From positions 1-64,000 of the forward strand of contig NIVC01000733.1 of the NCBI GenBank assembly GCA_002269645.1: a stretch of 64,000 nucleotides of DNA, given 5' to 3'. Below the pieces are notes generated by a model, which worked only from the letters and a program-made list of their open reading frames with translations, searched no databases and was not told the origin of the DNA. Of the stretch, positions 20,501-27,054 are shown piece by piece. The stretch is from Macrostomum lignano (Eukaryota). Every line of letters starts with the position of its first letter. The stretch's first letter is position 1. Both the position numbers and the translations under genes were made by a program.

Positions 20501-22868
20501 GCAAACTAGCGGTCAAGGCTGGCGACTCTGGAGTGAGTGTGGCCGCTCAGCACAAAGACATGGCTCTCGGCGTGTCTCACGGATCGGACGGTTCTACAGA
20601 AGTGGCCGCGAGCAAGGGCGACAGCAAACTAGCGGTCAAGGCTGGCGACTCTGGAGTGAGTGTGGCCGCTCAGCACAAAGACATGGCTCTCGGCGTGTCT
20701 CACGGATCGGACGGTTCTACAGAAGTGGCCGCGAGCAAGGGCGACAGCAAACTAGCGGTCAAGGCTGGCGACTCTGGAGTGAGTGTGGCCGCTCAGCACA
20801 AAGACATGGCTCTCGGCGTGTCTCACGGATCGGACGGTTCTACAGAAGTAGCCGCGAGCAAGGGCGACAGCAAACTAGCGGTCAAGGCTGGCGACTCTGG
20901 AGTGAGTGTGGCCGCTCAGCACAAAGACATGGCTCTCGGCGTGTCTCACGGATCGGACGGTTCTACAGAAGTAGCCGCGAGCAAGGGCGACAGCAAACTA
21001 GCGGTCAAGGCTGGCGACTCTGGAGTGAGTGTGGCCGCTCAGCACAAAGACATGGCTCTCGGCGTGTCTCACGGATCGGACGGTTCTACAGAAGTAGCCG
21101 CGAGCAAGGGCGACAGCAAACTAGCGGTCAAGGCTGGCGACTCTGGAGTGAGTGTGGCCGCTCAGCACAAAGACATGGCTCTCGGCGTGTCTCACGGATC
21201 GGACGGTTCTACAGAAGTGGCCGCGAGCAAGGGCGACAGCAAACTAGCGGTCAAGGCTGGCGACTCTGGAGTGAGTGTGGCCGCTCAGCACAAAGACATG
21301 GCTCTCGGCGTGTCTCACGGATCGGACGGTTCTACAGAAGTAGCCGCGAGCAAGGGCGACAGCAAACTAGCGGTCAAGGCTGGCGACTCTGGAGTGAGTG
21401 TGGCCGCTCAGCACAAAGACATGGCTCTCGGCGTGTCTCACGGATCGGACGGTTCTACAGAAGTAGCCGCGAGCAAGGGCGACAGCAAACTAGCGGTCAA
21501 GGCTGGCGACTCTGGAGTGAGTGTGGCCGCTCAGCACAAAGACATGGCTCTCGGCGTGTCTCACGGATCGGACGGTTCTACAGAAGTAGCCGCGAGCAAG
21601 GGCGACAGCAAACTAGCGGTCAAGGCTGGCGACTCTGGAGTGAGTGTGGCCGCTCAGCACAAAGACATGGCTCTCGGCGTGTCTCACGGATCGGACGGTT
21701 CTACAGAAGTGGCCGCGAGCAAGGGCGACAGCAAACTAGCGGTCAAGGCTGGCGACTCTGGAGTGAGTGTGGCCGCTCAGCACAAAGACATGGCTCTCGG
21801 CGTGTCTCACGGATCGGACGGTTCTACAGAAGTGGCCGCGAGCAAGGGCGACAGCAAACTAGCGGTCAAGGCTGGCGACTCTGGAGTGAGTGTGGCCGCT
21901 CAGCACAAAGACATGGCTCTCGGCGTGTCTCACGGATCGGACGGTTCTACAGAAGTGGCCGCGAGCAAGGGCGACAGCAAACTAGCGGTCAAGGCTGGCG
22001 ACTCTGGAGTGAGTGTGGCCGCTCAGCACAAAGACATGGCTCTCGGCGTGTCTCACGGATCGGACGGTTCTACAGAAGTGGCCGCGAGCAAGGGCGACAG
22101 CAAACTAGCGGTCAAGGCTGGCGACTCTGGAGTGAGTGTGGCCGCTCAGCACAAAGACATGGCTCTCGGCGTGTCTCACGGATCGGACGGTTCTACAGAA
22201 GTGGCCGCGAGCAAGGGCGACAGCAAACTAGCGGTCAAGGCTGGCGACTCTGGAGTGAGTGTGGCCGCTCAGCACAAAGACATGGCTCTCGGCGTGTCTC
22301 ACGGATCGGACGGTTCTACAGAAGTAGCCGCGAGCAAGGGCGACAGCAAACTAGCGGTCAAGGCTGGCGACTCTGGAGTGAGTGTGGCCGCTCAGCACAA
22401 AGACATGGCTCTCGGCGTGTCTCACGGATCGGACGGTTCTACAGAAGTAGCCGCGAGCAAGGGCGACAGCAAACTAGCGGTCAAGGCTGGCGACTCTGGA
22501 GTGAGTGTGGCCGCTCAGCACAAAGACATGGCTCTCGGCGTGTCTCACGGATCGGACGGTTCTACAGAAGTAGCCGCGAGCAAGGGCGACAGCAAACTAG
22601 CGGTCAAGGCTGGCGACTCTGGAGTGAGTGTGGCCGCTCAGCACAAAGACATGGCTCTCGGCGTGTCTCACGGATCGGACGGTTCTACAGAAGTAGCCGC
22701 GAGCAAGGGCGACAGCAAACTAGCGGTCAAGGCTGGCGACTCTGGAGTGAGTGTGGCCGCTCAGCACAAAGACATGGCTCTCGGCGTGTCTCACGGATCG
22801 GACGGTTCTACAGAAGTGGCCGCGAGCAAGGGCGACAGCAAACTAGCGGTCAAGGCTGGCGACTCTGA
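5574..22868 (+). CDS. Giant eukaryotic SecA-like DEAD ATPase with coiled-coil N-terminus, TPR-like segment, hydrophobic hairpin and tandem-repeat tail (5764 aa as assembled; ~2240 aa unique part ends ~12290)
   Basis: SecA motifs occur in order: QILTGEGKS (Walker A, cf. TGEGKT), YGTVSSFAGDTLR, IIVDEVDSLLLD, RWSDGLQQFL, GVSGTL, VATNLAGRGTD, GGLHV and EQVFGRSGRKGQRGS (cf. QLRGRSGRQGDxGS). TPR-like AIDLYTKAINMNSSWSSIAYYNRAYA at ~10410-10490. Hydrophobic segment YALAIFVAIFGAFEIALGTVLCLVGV at ~10975-11055. ATG 5574 (MGNTGS) is preferred over the track's GTG 5538 because an acceptor ends at 5572. Confidence 0.9.
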   Translation: MGNTGSKLSNNTDEHWSVAAEYKVVGWSAGDGIIHVDPWNSTHYDFKGFPVNIYFKHKTHSLSDTISDSDMKSWCNGIRNKDWKLHSPSEGIIHLEYNGGYVANYKYETRSMFEARMHREREQRMERERRGQEQRMERERRGQEQRMERERRGQEQRMERERREKEQRMERERREKEQRMERERREKEQRMERERREKVQRMQGALQQLKQGDREQSLFDQRRAEQQMARQSAMQTENIQKWKSLNAERDRALVNFNHKTKDFSRRCEATRQERSAKHEASKRQTEKDRAEHFARLQKQARDRTESEQLSLADEQEQANAIRKQRHDEFHRQKLKVTSETSEKFSSLNQEAQETRARLRAQFEERKSTFQEQMKRKKEEMQQQSSEMQDRLQLQKNQLEIGKEELHREMAEREAEIARKIEEQRRHRAEKQRESENLKKTEQFKRQILIELERERAKAMRRQFKSVSYSIQHVRGKSAKGYSNPAVSEASEVMLRDQLEENVEDALTKFLGSLSGAIEDDSNQELSVAANVKTISAKDALDLFKRVWKSEGHPFGKQPTSSQLSLLQLLDEKFAQQCLDAANKVFREICFPSLELDLVSYGLLVFVLHSEKSQDIKHEEDFSALRQQLSDTRIALAHMRKLTSETAYNELSPVTERLLQLLVVAEDVVRLWPIQQDPAAGLKRLRVVLATMLRHAGVSQYLDEKSNTECVVELITSMQHWDPVSMLKLMEFIHTSCTEPDQVREFVKMMVLSRGDPRSLPSPREAITETYIASLKKDQASQKTLDQLLDELKKTGQFDEGQLSELADVVRKVFTYFDSSGFDKALQKLKIWKRGKESPLHKILIDLCKAVLKCKGYLPRHTQVFSTAALLNAFKNKTSGQVLQILTGEGKSCIVAMSAVGLVRLGQKSVDVVAPSEVLAARDCKEWKDFYKICDVRVDCNIEHENPKKCYESCIVYGTVSSFAGDTLRHEFQFKDIRGSRGFDSIIVDEVDSLLLDQGVQLTYLAQDAGDMKMLDPIFATIFRATMGCHVLNTAHGGEMVAEQQMTFLYLIKEFVSSDEEFSTLVEQLDLKQLISSEEKQSFLAQNAEPVDLSNFDIKRTIQVLEVSGEVLQNFPSYTIYAFRNAEIEPVRLCQDSSLDLLVQDGGVCNLLFENIDDFKTRKKEDIWSRIDYSTTILDPKDDTKKKHEEAQLPIPSHLKQFIDDMLDVWINSALTAGALQPGRDYLLQGGDAVPVDYKHTGVVQENMRWSDGLQQFLQLKHSLQMRPLGLETNFLSNLAFFRRYGKSMFGVSGTLGEEHEKKFMRETYKVQLNYIPPYRERRLVENPGIVAETKSECITKICQLVTQERNRPSLIVCEDINSADLIFEEVARRCQGVKTKKYVKNEDTKDELQVGPGDVIVATNLAGRGTDVKVSDDAETAGGLHVLVTFLPLNQRVEEQVFGRSGRKGQRGSATLLLSREGLSACFSDCDSVEEMKQVRREASLQELKNHEEFALPEVEFKENLFKCISHLLSEYYHQIKKPPSTGTELEKRWSETDLKLKMDHLKEIWGMHLKKTLCHITDFSIERTAQCIGEVEKMFQEAKSNVESECSLSPFQALKFAEKSVRHEDFERAIDLYTKAINMNSSWSSIAYYNRAYAKIMKGNCDIREVMDDLEDAKARIAETWLAHATWTELYSGARIQQENASDNDCEEEAKKETPKDQANKQVKEEASQDVRSETANPQFRQCMARIRIISNYKTQIEKCLEKLEEHRRAGDEIIAVSTCIKEIEKEPDSITLDELKSLYHLGHVRFFDVQKKPSYALAIFVAIFGAFEIALGTVLCLVGVENVGIHFINEGIGDIMAGFVGMIQGDFDLKSWLKNKAKNIGVSLLTFGFGKVVSYLKSSQKFEAVAQNVNAAGSKFYTKTAAVLNKVTGQKAVKFIKNIMSNPIVQKVTDYAISAAQRKLLDKLIEKLKQGVQDDVKEKCSSEAESGKLHDIVLRLTAPLCLVKDQETSKIDIHDFSTLTHSQTNNILQALTAIAHEATDELMSDVENTAKLIEAIRSRLAVLKDEFAELFKGILSFVRLASVAVDSAAIAKHSQTLHSLVGSTVECMDKRLLTREWKIKFDQTIDIRSEKLQRKECIKPLCEAIRKVLEQRIIECVIVILEEHIRKNLDGIVENSIAQAKKFVGKTFKTAHKENISNKNIPSIKNKNIEKSEKPGTKKFLKKTKLTATDSGVELTNADKKLAVKAGDSGVSVETAQRHGSRRVSRIGRFYRSGREQGRQQTSGQGWRLWSECGRSAQRHGSRRVSRIGRFYRSGREQGRQQTSGQGWRLWSECGRSAQRHGSRRVSRIGRFYRSGREQGRQQTSGQGWRLWSECGRSAQRHGSRRVSRIGRFYRSGREQGRQQTSGQGWRLWSECGRSAQRHGSRRVSRIGRFYRSGREQGRQQTSGQGWRLWSECGRSAQRHGSRRVSRIGRFYRSGREQGRQQTSGQGWRLWSECGRSAQRHGSRRVSRIGRFYRSGREQGRQQTSGQGWRLWSECGRSAQRHGSRRVSRIGRFYRSGREQGRQQTSGQGWRLWSECGRSAQRHGSRRVSRIGRFYRSGREQGRQQTSGQGWRLWSECGRSAQRHGSRRVSRIGRFYRSGREQGRQQTSGQGWRLWSECGRSAQRHGSRRVSRIGRFYRSGREQGRQQTSGQGWRLWSECGRSAQRHGSRRVSRIGRFYRSGREQGRQQTSGQGWRLWSECGRSAQRHGSRRVSRIGRFYRSGREQGRQQTSGQGWRLWSECGRSAQRHGSRRVSRIGRFYRSGREQGRQQTSGQGWRLWSECGRSAQRHGSRRVSRIGRFYRSGREQGRQQTSGQGWRLWSECGRSAQRHGSRRVSRIGRFYRSGREQGRQQTSGQGWRLWSECGRSAQRHGSRRVSRIGRFYRSGREQGRQQTSGQGWRLWSECGRSAQRHGSRRVSRIGRFYRSGREQGRQQTSGQGWRLWSECGRSAQRHGSRRVSRIGRFYRSGREQGRQQTSGQGWRLWSECGRSAQRHGSRRVSRIGRFYRSGREQGRQQTSGQGWRLWSECGRSAQRHGSRRVSRIGRFYRSGREQGRQQTSGQGWRLWSECGRSAQRHGSRRVSRIGRFYRSGREQGRQQTSGQGWRLWSECGRSAQRHGSRRVSRIGRFYRSGREQGRQQTSGQGWRLWSECGRSAQRHGSRRVSRIGRFYRSGREQGRQQTSGQGWRLWSECGRSAQRHGSRRVSRIGRFYRSGREQGRQQTSGQGWRLWSECGRSAQRHGSRRVSRIGRFYRSGREQGRQQTSGQGWRLWSECGRSAQRHGSRRVSRIGRFYRSGREQGRQQTSGQGWRLWSECGRSAQRHGSRRVSRIGRFYRSGREQGRQQTSGQGWRLWSECGRSAQRHGSRRVSRIGRFYRSGREQGRQQTSGQGWRLWSECGRSAQRHGSRRVSRIGRFYRSGREQGRQQTSGQGWRLWSECGRSAQRHGSRRVSRIGRFYRSGREQGRQQTSGQGWRLWSECGRSAQRHGSRRVSRIGRFYRSGREQGRQQTSGQGWRLWSECGRSAQRHGSRRVSRIGRFYRSGREQGRQQTSGQGWRLWSECGRSAQRHGSRRVSRIGRFYRSGREQGRQQTSGQGWRLWSECGRSAQRHGSRRVSRIGRFYRSGREQGRQQTSGQGWRLWSECGRSAQRHGSRRVSRIGRFYRSGREQGRQQTSGQGWRLWSECGRSAQRHGSRRVSRIGRFYRSGREQGRQQTSGQGWRLWSECGRSAQRHGSRRVSRIGRFYRSGREQGRQQTSGQGWRLWSECGRSAQRHGSRRVSRIGRFYRSGREQGRQQTSGQGWRLWSECGRSAQRHGSRRVSRIGRFYRSGREQGRQQTSGQGWRLWSECGRSAQRHGSRRVSRIGRFYRSGREQGRQQTSGQGWRLWSECGRSAQRHGSRRVSRIGRFYRSGREQGRQQTSGQGWRLWSECGRSAQRHGSRRVSRIGRFYRSGREQGRQQTSGQGWRLWSECGRSAQRHGSRRVSRIGRFYRSGREQGRQQTSGQGWRLWSECGRSAQRHGSRRVSRIGRFYRSGREQGRQQTSGQGWRLWSECGRSAQRHGSRRVSRIGRFYRSGREQGRQQTSGQGWRLWSECGRSAQRHGSRRVSRIGRFYRSGREQGRQQTSGQGWRLWSECGRSAQRHGSRRVSRIGRFYRSGREQGRQQTSGQGWRLWSECGRSAQRHGSRRVSRIGRFYRSGREQGRQQTSGQGWRLWSECGRSAQRHGSRRVSRIGRFYRSGREQGRQQTSGQGWRLWSECGRSAQRHGSRRVSRIGRFYRSGREQGRQQTSGQGWRLWSECGRSAQRHGSGRVSRRVSRIGRFYRSGREQGRQQTSGQGWRLWSECGRSAQRHGSRRVSRIGRFYRSGREQGRQQTSGQGWRLWSECGRSAQRHGSRRVSRIGRFYRSGREQGRQQTSGQGWRLWSECGRSAQRHGSRRVSRIGRFYRSGREQGRQQTSGQGWRLWSECGRSAQRHGSRRVSRIGRFYRSGREQGRQQTSGQGWRLWSECGRSAQRHGSRRVSRIGRFYRSGREQGRQQTSGQGWRLWSECGRSAQRHGSRRVSRIGRFYRSGREQGRQQTSGQGWRLWSECGRSAQRHGSRRVSRIGRFYRSGREQGRQQTSGQGWRLWSECGRSAQRHGSRRVSRIGRFYRSGREQGRQQTSGQGWRLWSECGRSAQRHGSRRVSRIGRFYRSGREQGRQQTSGQGWRLWSECGRSAQRHGSRRVSRIGRFYRSGREQGRQQTSGQGWRLWSECGRSAQRHGSRRVSRIGRFYRSGREQGRQQTSGQGWRLWSECGRSAQRHGSRRVSRIGRFYRSGREQGRQQTSGQGWRLWSECGRSAQRHGSRRVSRIGRFYRSSREQGRQQTSGQGWRLWSECGRSAQRHGSRRVSRIGRFYRSSREQGRQQTSGQGWRLWSECGRSAQRHGSRRVSRIGRFYRSSREQGRQQTSGQGWRLWSECGRSAQRHGSRRVSRIGRFYRSGREQGRQQTSGQGWRLWSECGRSAQRHGSRRVSRIGRFYRSGREQGRQQTSGQGWRLWSECGRSAQRHGSRRVSRIGRFYRSSREQGRQQTSGQGWRLWSECGRSAQRHGSRRVSRIGRFYRSSREQGRQQTSGQGWRLWSECGRSAQRHGSRRVSRIGRFYRSSREQGRQQTSGQGWRLWSECGRSAQRHGSRRVSRIGRFYRSGREQGRQQTSGQGWRLWSECGRSAQRHGSRRVSRIGRFYRSSREQGRQQTSGQGWRLWSECGRSAQRHGSRRVSRIGRFYRSSREQGRQQTSGQGWRLWSECGRSAQRHGSRRVSRIGRFYRSSREQGRQQTSGQGWRLWSECGRSAQRHGSRRVSRIGRFYRSGREQGRQQTSGQGWRLWSECGRSAQRHGSRRVSRIGRFYRSGREQGRQQTSGQGWRLWSECGRSAQRHGSRRVSRIGRFYRSGREQGRQQTSGQGWRLWSECGRSAQRHGSRRVSRIGRFYRSGREQGRQQTSGQGWRLWSECGRSAQRHGSRRVSRIGRFYRSGREQGRQQTSGQGWRLWSECGRSAQRHGSRRVSRIGRFYRSSREQGRQQTSGQGWRLWSECGRSAQRHGSRRVSRIGRFYRSSREQGRQQTSGQGWRLWSECGRSAQRHGSRRVSRIGRFYRSSREQGRQQTSGQGWRLWSECGRSAQRHGSRRVSRIGRFYRSSREQGRQQTSGQGWRLWSECGRSAQRHGSRRVSRIGRFYRSGREQGRQQTSGQGWRL
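5937..6179 (+). repeat. Coding 33-bp tandem repeat, 7 copies plus a partial (EQRMERERRGQ x3, EQRMERERREK x4)
   Basis: Direct reading of GAGCAGAGAATGGAGAGAGAGCGCAGAGGACAA-type units, in frame. Confidence 0.95.
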
Positions 22869-23971
22869 GTGAGTGTGGCCGCTCAGCACAAAGACATGGC
22901 TCTCGGCGTGTCTCACGGATCGGACGGTTCTACAGAAGTGGCCGCGAGCAAGGGCGACAGCAAACTAGCGGTCAAGGCTGGCGACTCTGGAGTGAGTGTG
23001 GCCGCTCAGCACAAAGACATGGCTCTCGGCGTGTCTCACGGATCGGACGGTTCTACAGAAGTGGCCGCGAGCAAGGGCGACAGCAAACTAGCGGTCAAGG
23101 CTGGCGACTCTGGAGTGAGTGTGGCCGCTCAGCACAAAGACATGGCTCTCGGCGTGTCTCACGGATCGGACGGTTCTACAGAAGTAGCCGCGAGCAAGGG
23201 CGACAGCAAACTAGCGGTCAAGGCTGGCGACTCTGGAGTGAGTGTGGCCGCTCAGCACAAAGACATGGCTCTCGGCGTGTCTCACGGATCGGACGGTTCT
23301 ACAGAAGTGGCCGCGAGCAAGGGCGACAGCAAACTAGCGGTCAAGGCTGGCGACTCTGGAGTGAGTGTGGCCGCTCAGCACAAAGACATGGCTCTCGGCG
23401 TGTCTCACGGATCGGACGGTTCTACAGAAGTAGCCGCGAGCAAGGGCGACAGCAAACTAGCGGTCAAGGCTGGCGACTCTGGAGTGAGTGTGGCCGCTCA
23501 GCACAAAGACATGGCTCTCGGCGTGTCTCACGGATCGGACGGTTCTACAGAAGTAGCCGCGAGCAAGGGCGACAGCAAACTAGCGGTCAAGGCTGGCGAC
23601 TCTGGAGTGAGTGTGGCCGCTCAGCACAAAGACATGGCTCTCGGCGTGTCTCACGGATCGGACGGTTCTACAGAAGTGGCCGCGAGCAAGGGCGACAGCA
23701 AACTAGCGGTCAAGGCTGGCGACTCTGAGTGAGTGTGGCCGCTCAGCACAAAGACATGGCTCTCGGCGTGTCTCACGGATCGGACGGTTCTACAGAAGTG
23801 GCCGCGAGCAAGGGCGACAGCAAACTAGCGGTCAAGGCTGGCGACTCTGGAGTGAGTGTGGCCGCTCAGCACAAAGACATGGCTCTCGGCGTGTCTCACG
23901 GATCGGACGGTTCTACAGAAGTAGCCGCGAGCAAGGGCGACAGCAAACTAGCGGTCAAGGCTGGCGACTCT
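12252..23971 (+). repeat. 123-bp tandem array, ~95 copies, almost invariant, open in two + frames
   Basis: The 123-nt period was verified (e.g. 12304 to 12427). The only deviations seen are a 2-nt-shorter first junction (12292-12294), a 12-bp duplication at 18586-18609, a recurrent G>A (first at 20235, 17 units) and 1-bp deletions at ~22867 and ~23727. Confidence 0.98.
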
Positions 23972-23977
23972 CTATAG
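12286..23977 (+). CDS. Alternative, probably ancestral, reading frame of the repeat tail: (KLAVKAGDSGVSVAAQHKDMALGVSHGSDGSTEVAASKGDS)n ending GDSL-stop; broken by two 1-bp deletions
   Basis: ORF track 12286-22872, 22869-23732 and 23729-23977. The SecA ORF itself reads KKLAVKAGDSGVSV before the junction. The array ends GAC TCT CTA TAG in this frame. Both substitutions (GTG>GTA, CTC>CTG) are synonymous only here. Confidence 0.6.
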
Positions 23978-25297
23978 CTAAGGACTACCATTTTGACGTG
24001 TAATGACGGTAGTATTTCGGCTAAACGATTTAATCGAAAAGGACATTTTTCAGTGTCGTCCTTTGACTTCTGTGTGGTTGAATACTTTTGCAGACTTCAG
24101 TCTAAGCGTTCGTTTGAAATGCAGTGTAGTAAAAAAGTGTTGAAATTAGTATTTATAGTTTCTAGTATAGCAAGTAAATCATTTAGGTCATTTTATCCAC
24201 CTACATGTACTTGTATCGTTTGAGTGAAAAACTTTTACAAGAATACAAGTACCCACTAAATTGATGCAACTTCGTTTAGGAGTTATTTGGCATTGATTTG
24301 GGGCTACTAGTTTTTATTTTATTTATAAAATAATATTAACTATTCGCATTGTAATCGTGTAATTCGTGGTTTTTCTATGGGTAAATTATGGATTTTCTAT
24401 GGGTAAATTACCTTTTGAAGGAATGCAGCGACAGGTACATGTCGCTAACTTTTTATGCTATCTGCTAATAACATTTTGAGCTAAAGCTTTCCCTAAATTG
24501 CCTGACGTCAAAGTATGCAAATGAGTAAGCTTAATGATCTATAGTTAGTGGAGCGAATAATTGTGAGCGAAAACAAGAACCCTGAGCCCTTTTCGGCTAA
24601 ATTTTAAAATTATTATGATCATTGTATTGTTGGACAAATTTTAGTGAAAGCACTTCTGCTCATTTTGCATGTACATATATGTGAATGTACGACTCATATC
24701 GCACATATCCAGAGAATTTGGAATATTGCTAATGGTGAGTAATTCAGTTGAAGATAATGAACTGCTTTGCCTATTTCTTTACTATTTCTGGTTTAACATT
24801 GTTAATTTTTTAAATGGCTTTAAAATCATTTGATTTTAAACACACTACTACATGTATATGTTACTGTACCTTCGTAGCTTTTTTGTCGAACGTATATCGA
24901 ACGCACCAAAAGCCGAATTACAATCTTTATTTTATTTTAAGAGGAGTATATAGCTCGTATGTATTAAATAAGTTATCGGAAAAAGTCTGAGATATGATGT
25001 GAACAGCAAATTTACTGATGATTATGTACATAGCCGCTATAGGCTACACTCGGCGACTTAAAATAAAGGCTCATTCCCATTGCAATCAAATTCAACCAAC
25101 CAAATAGTACGATCAATGTACAAATGAACCAAATTTGATGTACAAGTCGCGTTATCAAACGAAATTGGACCAGATTAGATGGTGTTTTGAATGAACGAAG
25201 TTAGGGCCGCGCTGGACACTCCTGTGTGAGTTTGGCCTGCTGTGCATATGGCTGCCGTACGTATCCGAGCGCTTGCATGTGTGCCTGGTCGGGGGGT

Positions 25298-25301
<4 letters not shown>

Positions 25302-25359
<58 letters not shown>

Positions 25360-25381
25360 CTAGCGTCTGTCTGTCTGTCTG
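25302..25381. repeat. (TCTG)n microsatellite
   Basis: Direct reading. Confidence 0.95.
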
Positions 25382-25892
25382 CAAACTGCAGCCCTCCTAC
25401 TTCTAAGTCCAATCCATTACTCTGATGGATCTAGTACACGCACATGAGGGTACATGCGTTAGATGTAAAAATACAAATCAAAGCAATGCAAGCGCATGAA
25501 CTTCAAGAACACGGCCGGAAATTTTCTTGCGTACTTTTTAAACAAGAATCAAGTCGCCAGCCCTCCAGACCGTCGAGATACTCGACGATTCAGCGAAGGT
25601 AGGATTTTTCCCATACGAGCTATATTTTATATAGTGTGTTCAAAAATTAATTACACCCCTGTTCGCCAATCAGCACTGCACTGAACCGATCAGTACTCAT
25701 GCAGCCTTGCCTGCTAGCCTCGAAATTTCATTAATTAGCACGTCGAAGATGCAGTGTCTGCATCAACTCGGACTTCGTCGGTCTCTGGCTTTCACCCAAA
25801 GACGGAGCTTCTGGACTTTCAACAGGTGGCACCAGGTGACTATGGACACCCTGTTGCGAATTTCCGGTCTACTTTCGCTGATTAAGCCTCTC

Positions 25893-26135
25893 GACAGTGG
25901 GCAAGCCTCAACTGCTGGACATCCTGGGTCGATCGCTATAGTCTCTCATGCATTCAGTCATCATCCAGACGTCGTCGTCTACTGATCAACTGAGATGACC
26001 TGGTGATGAGGATCCATATAGTCTGAACCTGCCACCTGGTGTCATCTATTAAATGCCGATGACGACGTCTGGGTGATGACTGAATGCTTGAGAGACTTAG
26101 CTGAGAATTTCCAGCTGTTGAGGTTTGCCCTCTCT
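25893..26135. mobile_element. ~240-bp nested foldback (MITE-like or hairpin RNA)
   Basis: Arms 25941-25979 / 26058-26096 match at 36 of 39 positions. Outer arms 25899-25918 / 26111-26130 match at 18 of 20. A shorter inner arm pair lies at ~25993-26005 / 26032-26047. The outer arm recurs at 26905-26930. Confidence 0.6.
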
Positions 26136-26621
26136 CGGGGGATTCCCCTTTGTTATAGTTGTATTGTACTTTTAGTGCATATAAAAAATACTTAATCGAC
26201 CAGGACCAAACGGCCTTTATCGACTAGACTGTTCATGATCTTACGACGTAAAGGCCGCTGCAGCGCTGTACATGTACATGTATATATGTATATCTGTGCA
26301 ACATAGACGTCTCTGCCAAATGAATATTTTACGTTAAGCCGACAGATAAAATTTTGCATGTACGTACTTATGTATTTGCCTTGTCGCATCGATGATAATT
26401 AAACTTTGCAAGGAAATTTCTGCCGACGTTGTCTCAAGGTGCTTGCGTTAATTTTCTGCATGTACTTCAATTTGCTGACATGTACATATGTCGCTCAGTG
26501 TGTGCGTGCTTGTAAAAAGGCATCAGTGTACATACATGTTAATGTAACTACAGCTGTAACTTTAAAAAGTATAGCCTACCTTCAACAGGTAGCATCAGGA
26601 GCATAAGTTTTCATAAAAATA

Positions 26622-26884
26622 GGCTAGATTTCATAAAAAAGCTAGCCGTAAGCCGTAAGCTGCTGCTCGTTAAGCTGCAACTTTCAGCAGTTGTTTAAAA
26701 AAGCGTTTTATAAACGATTGCTAAAAAGCCGTACTAAAACACTATGATGTCCCTGCTGCCTCAACGGCTTTTACCATAGACATCAAGCTGTGGCTTGATA
26801 GCTATGCGTTTATGAAACCCAGTCATAGAAAAGCAGTCAAAGCCGCAGCTAAAAGGCCGTTAGCTGTATTTTATGAAATCAGCC
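26622..26884. mobile_element. MITE with imperfect TIRs GGCT(A)GATTTCATAAAA, PIF/Harbinger-like appearance
   Basis: Left end GGCTAGATTTCATAAAAAAGCTAGCCG versus right-end reverse complement GGCTGATTTCATAAAATACAGCTAACGG. No clear TSD. Confidence 0.5.
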
Positions 26885-27054
26885 CCAGCTGTTGCTACTA
26901 CACTGACAGTGGGCAGACCTCAACTACTGGGCATTTTCGTTTTGTTTTTTAAACTAGAAGAATGGCAATTAGTATTCCTACTGTTGATTGATTAGACTTC
27001 AATAGGCCACTACTGCACTGCACCGAGCTTAAATGTCCTTCTGCCAGTGTACTT

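Noticed and set aside
12252-23971. 123-bp array (and the 35-bp palindromic array at 37.2-38.0 kb) as a CRISPR array
   Set aside because: The units are head-to-tail with no unique spacers, there are no cas genes, and the context is eukaryotic.
25430-26510. Larger ~1-kb foldback enclosing the 240-bp hairpin
   Set aside because: Only a short match (CGGCxGxAATTTxCTTGC at ~25515 and ~26415) with off-centre spacing; too weak to call.
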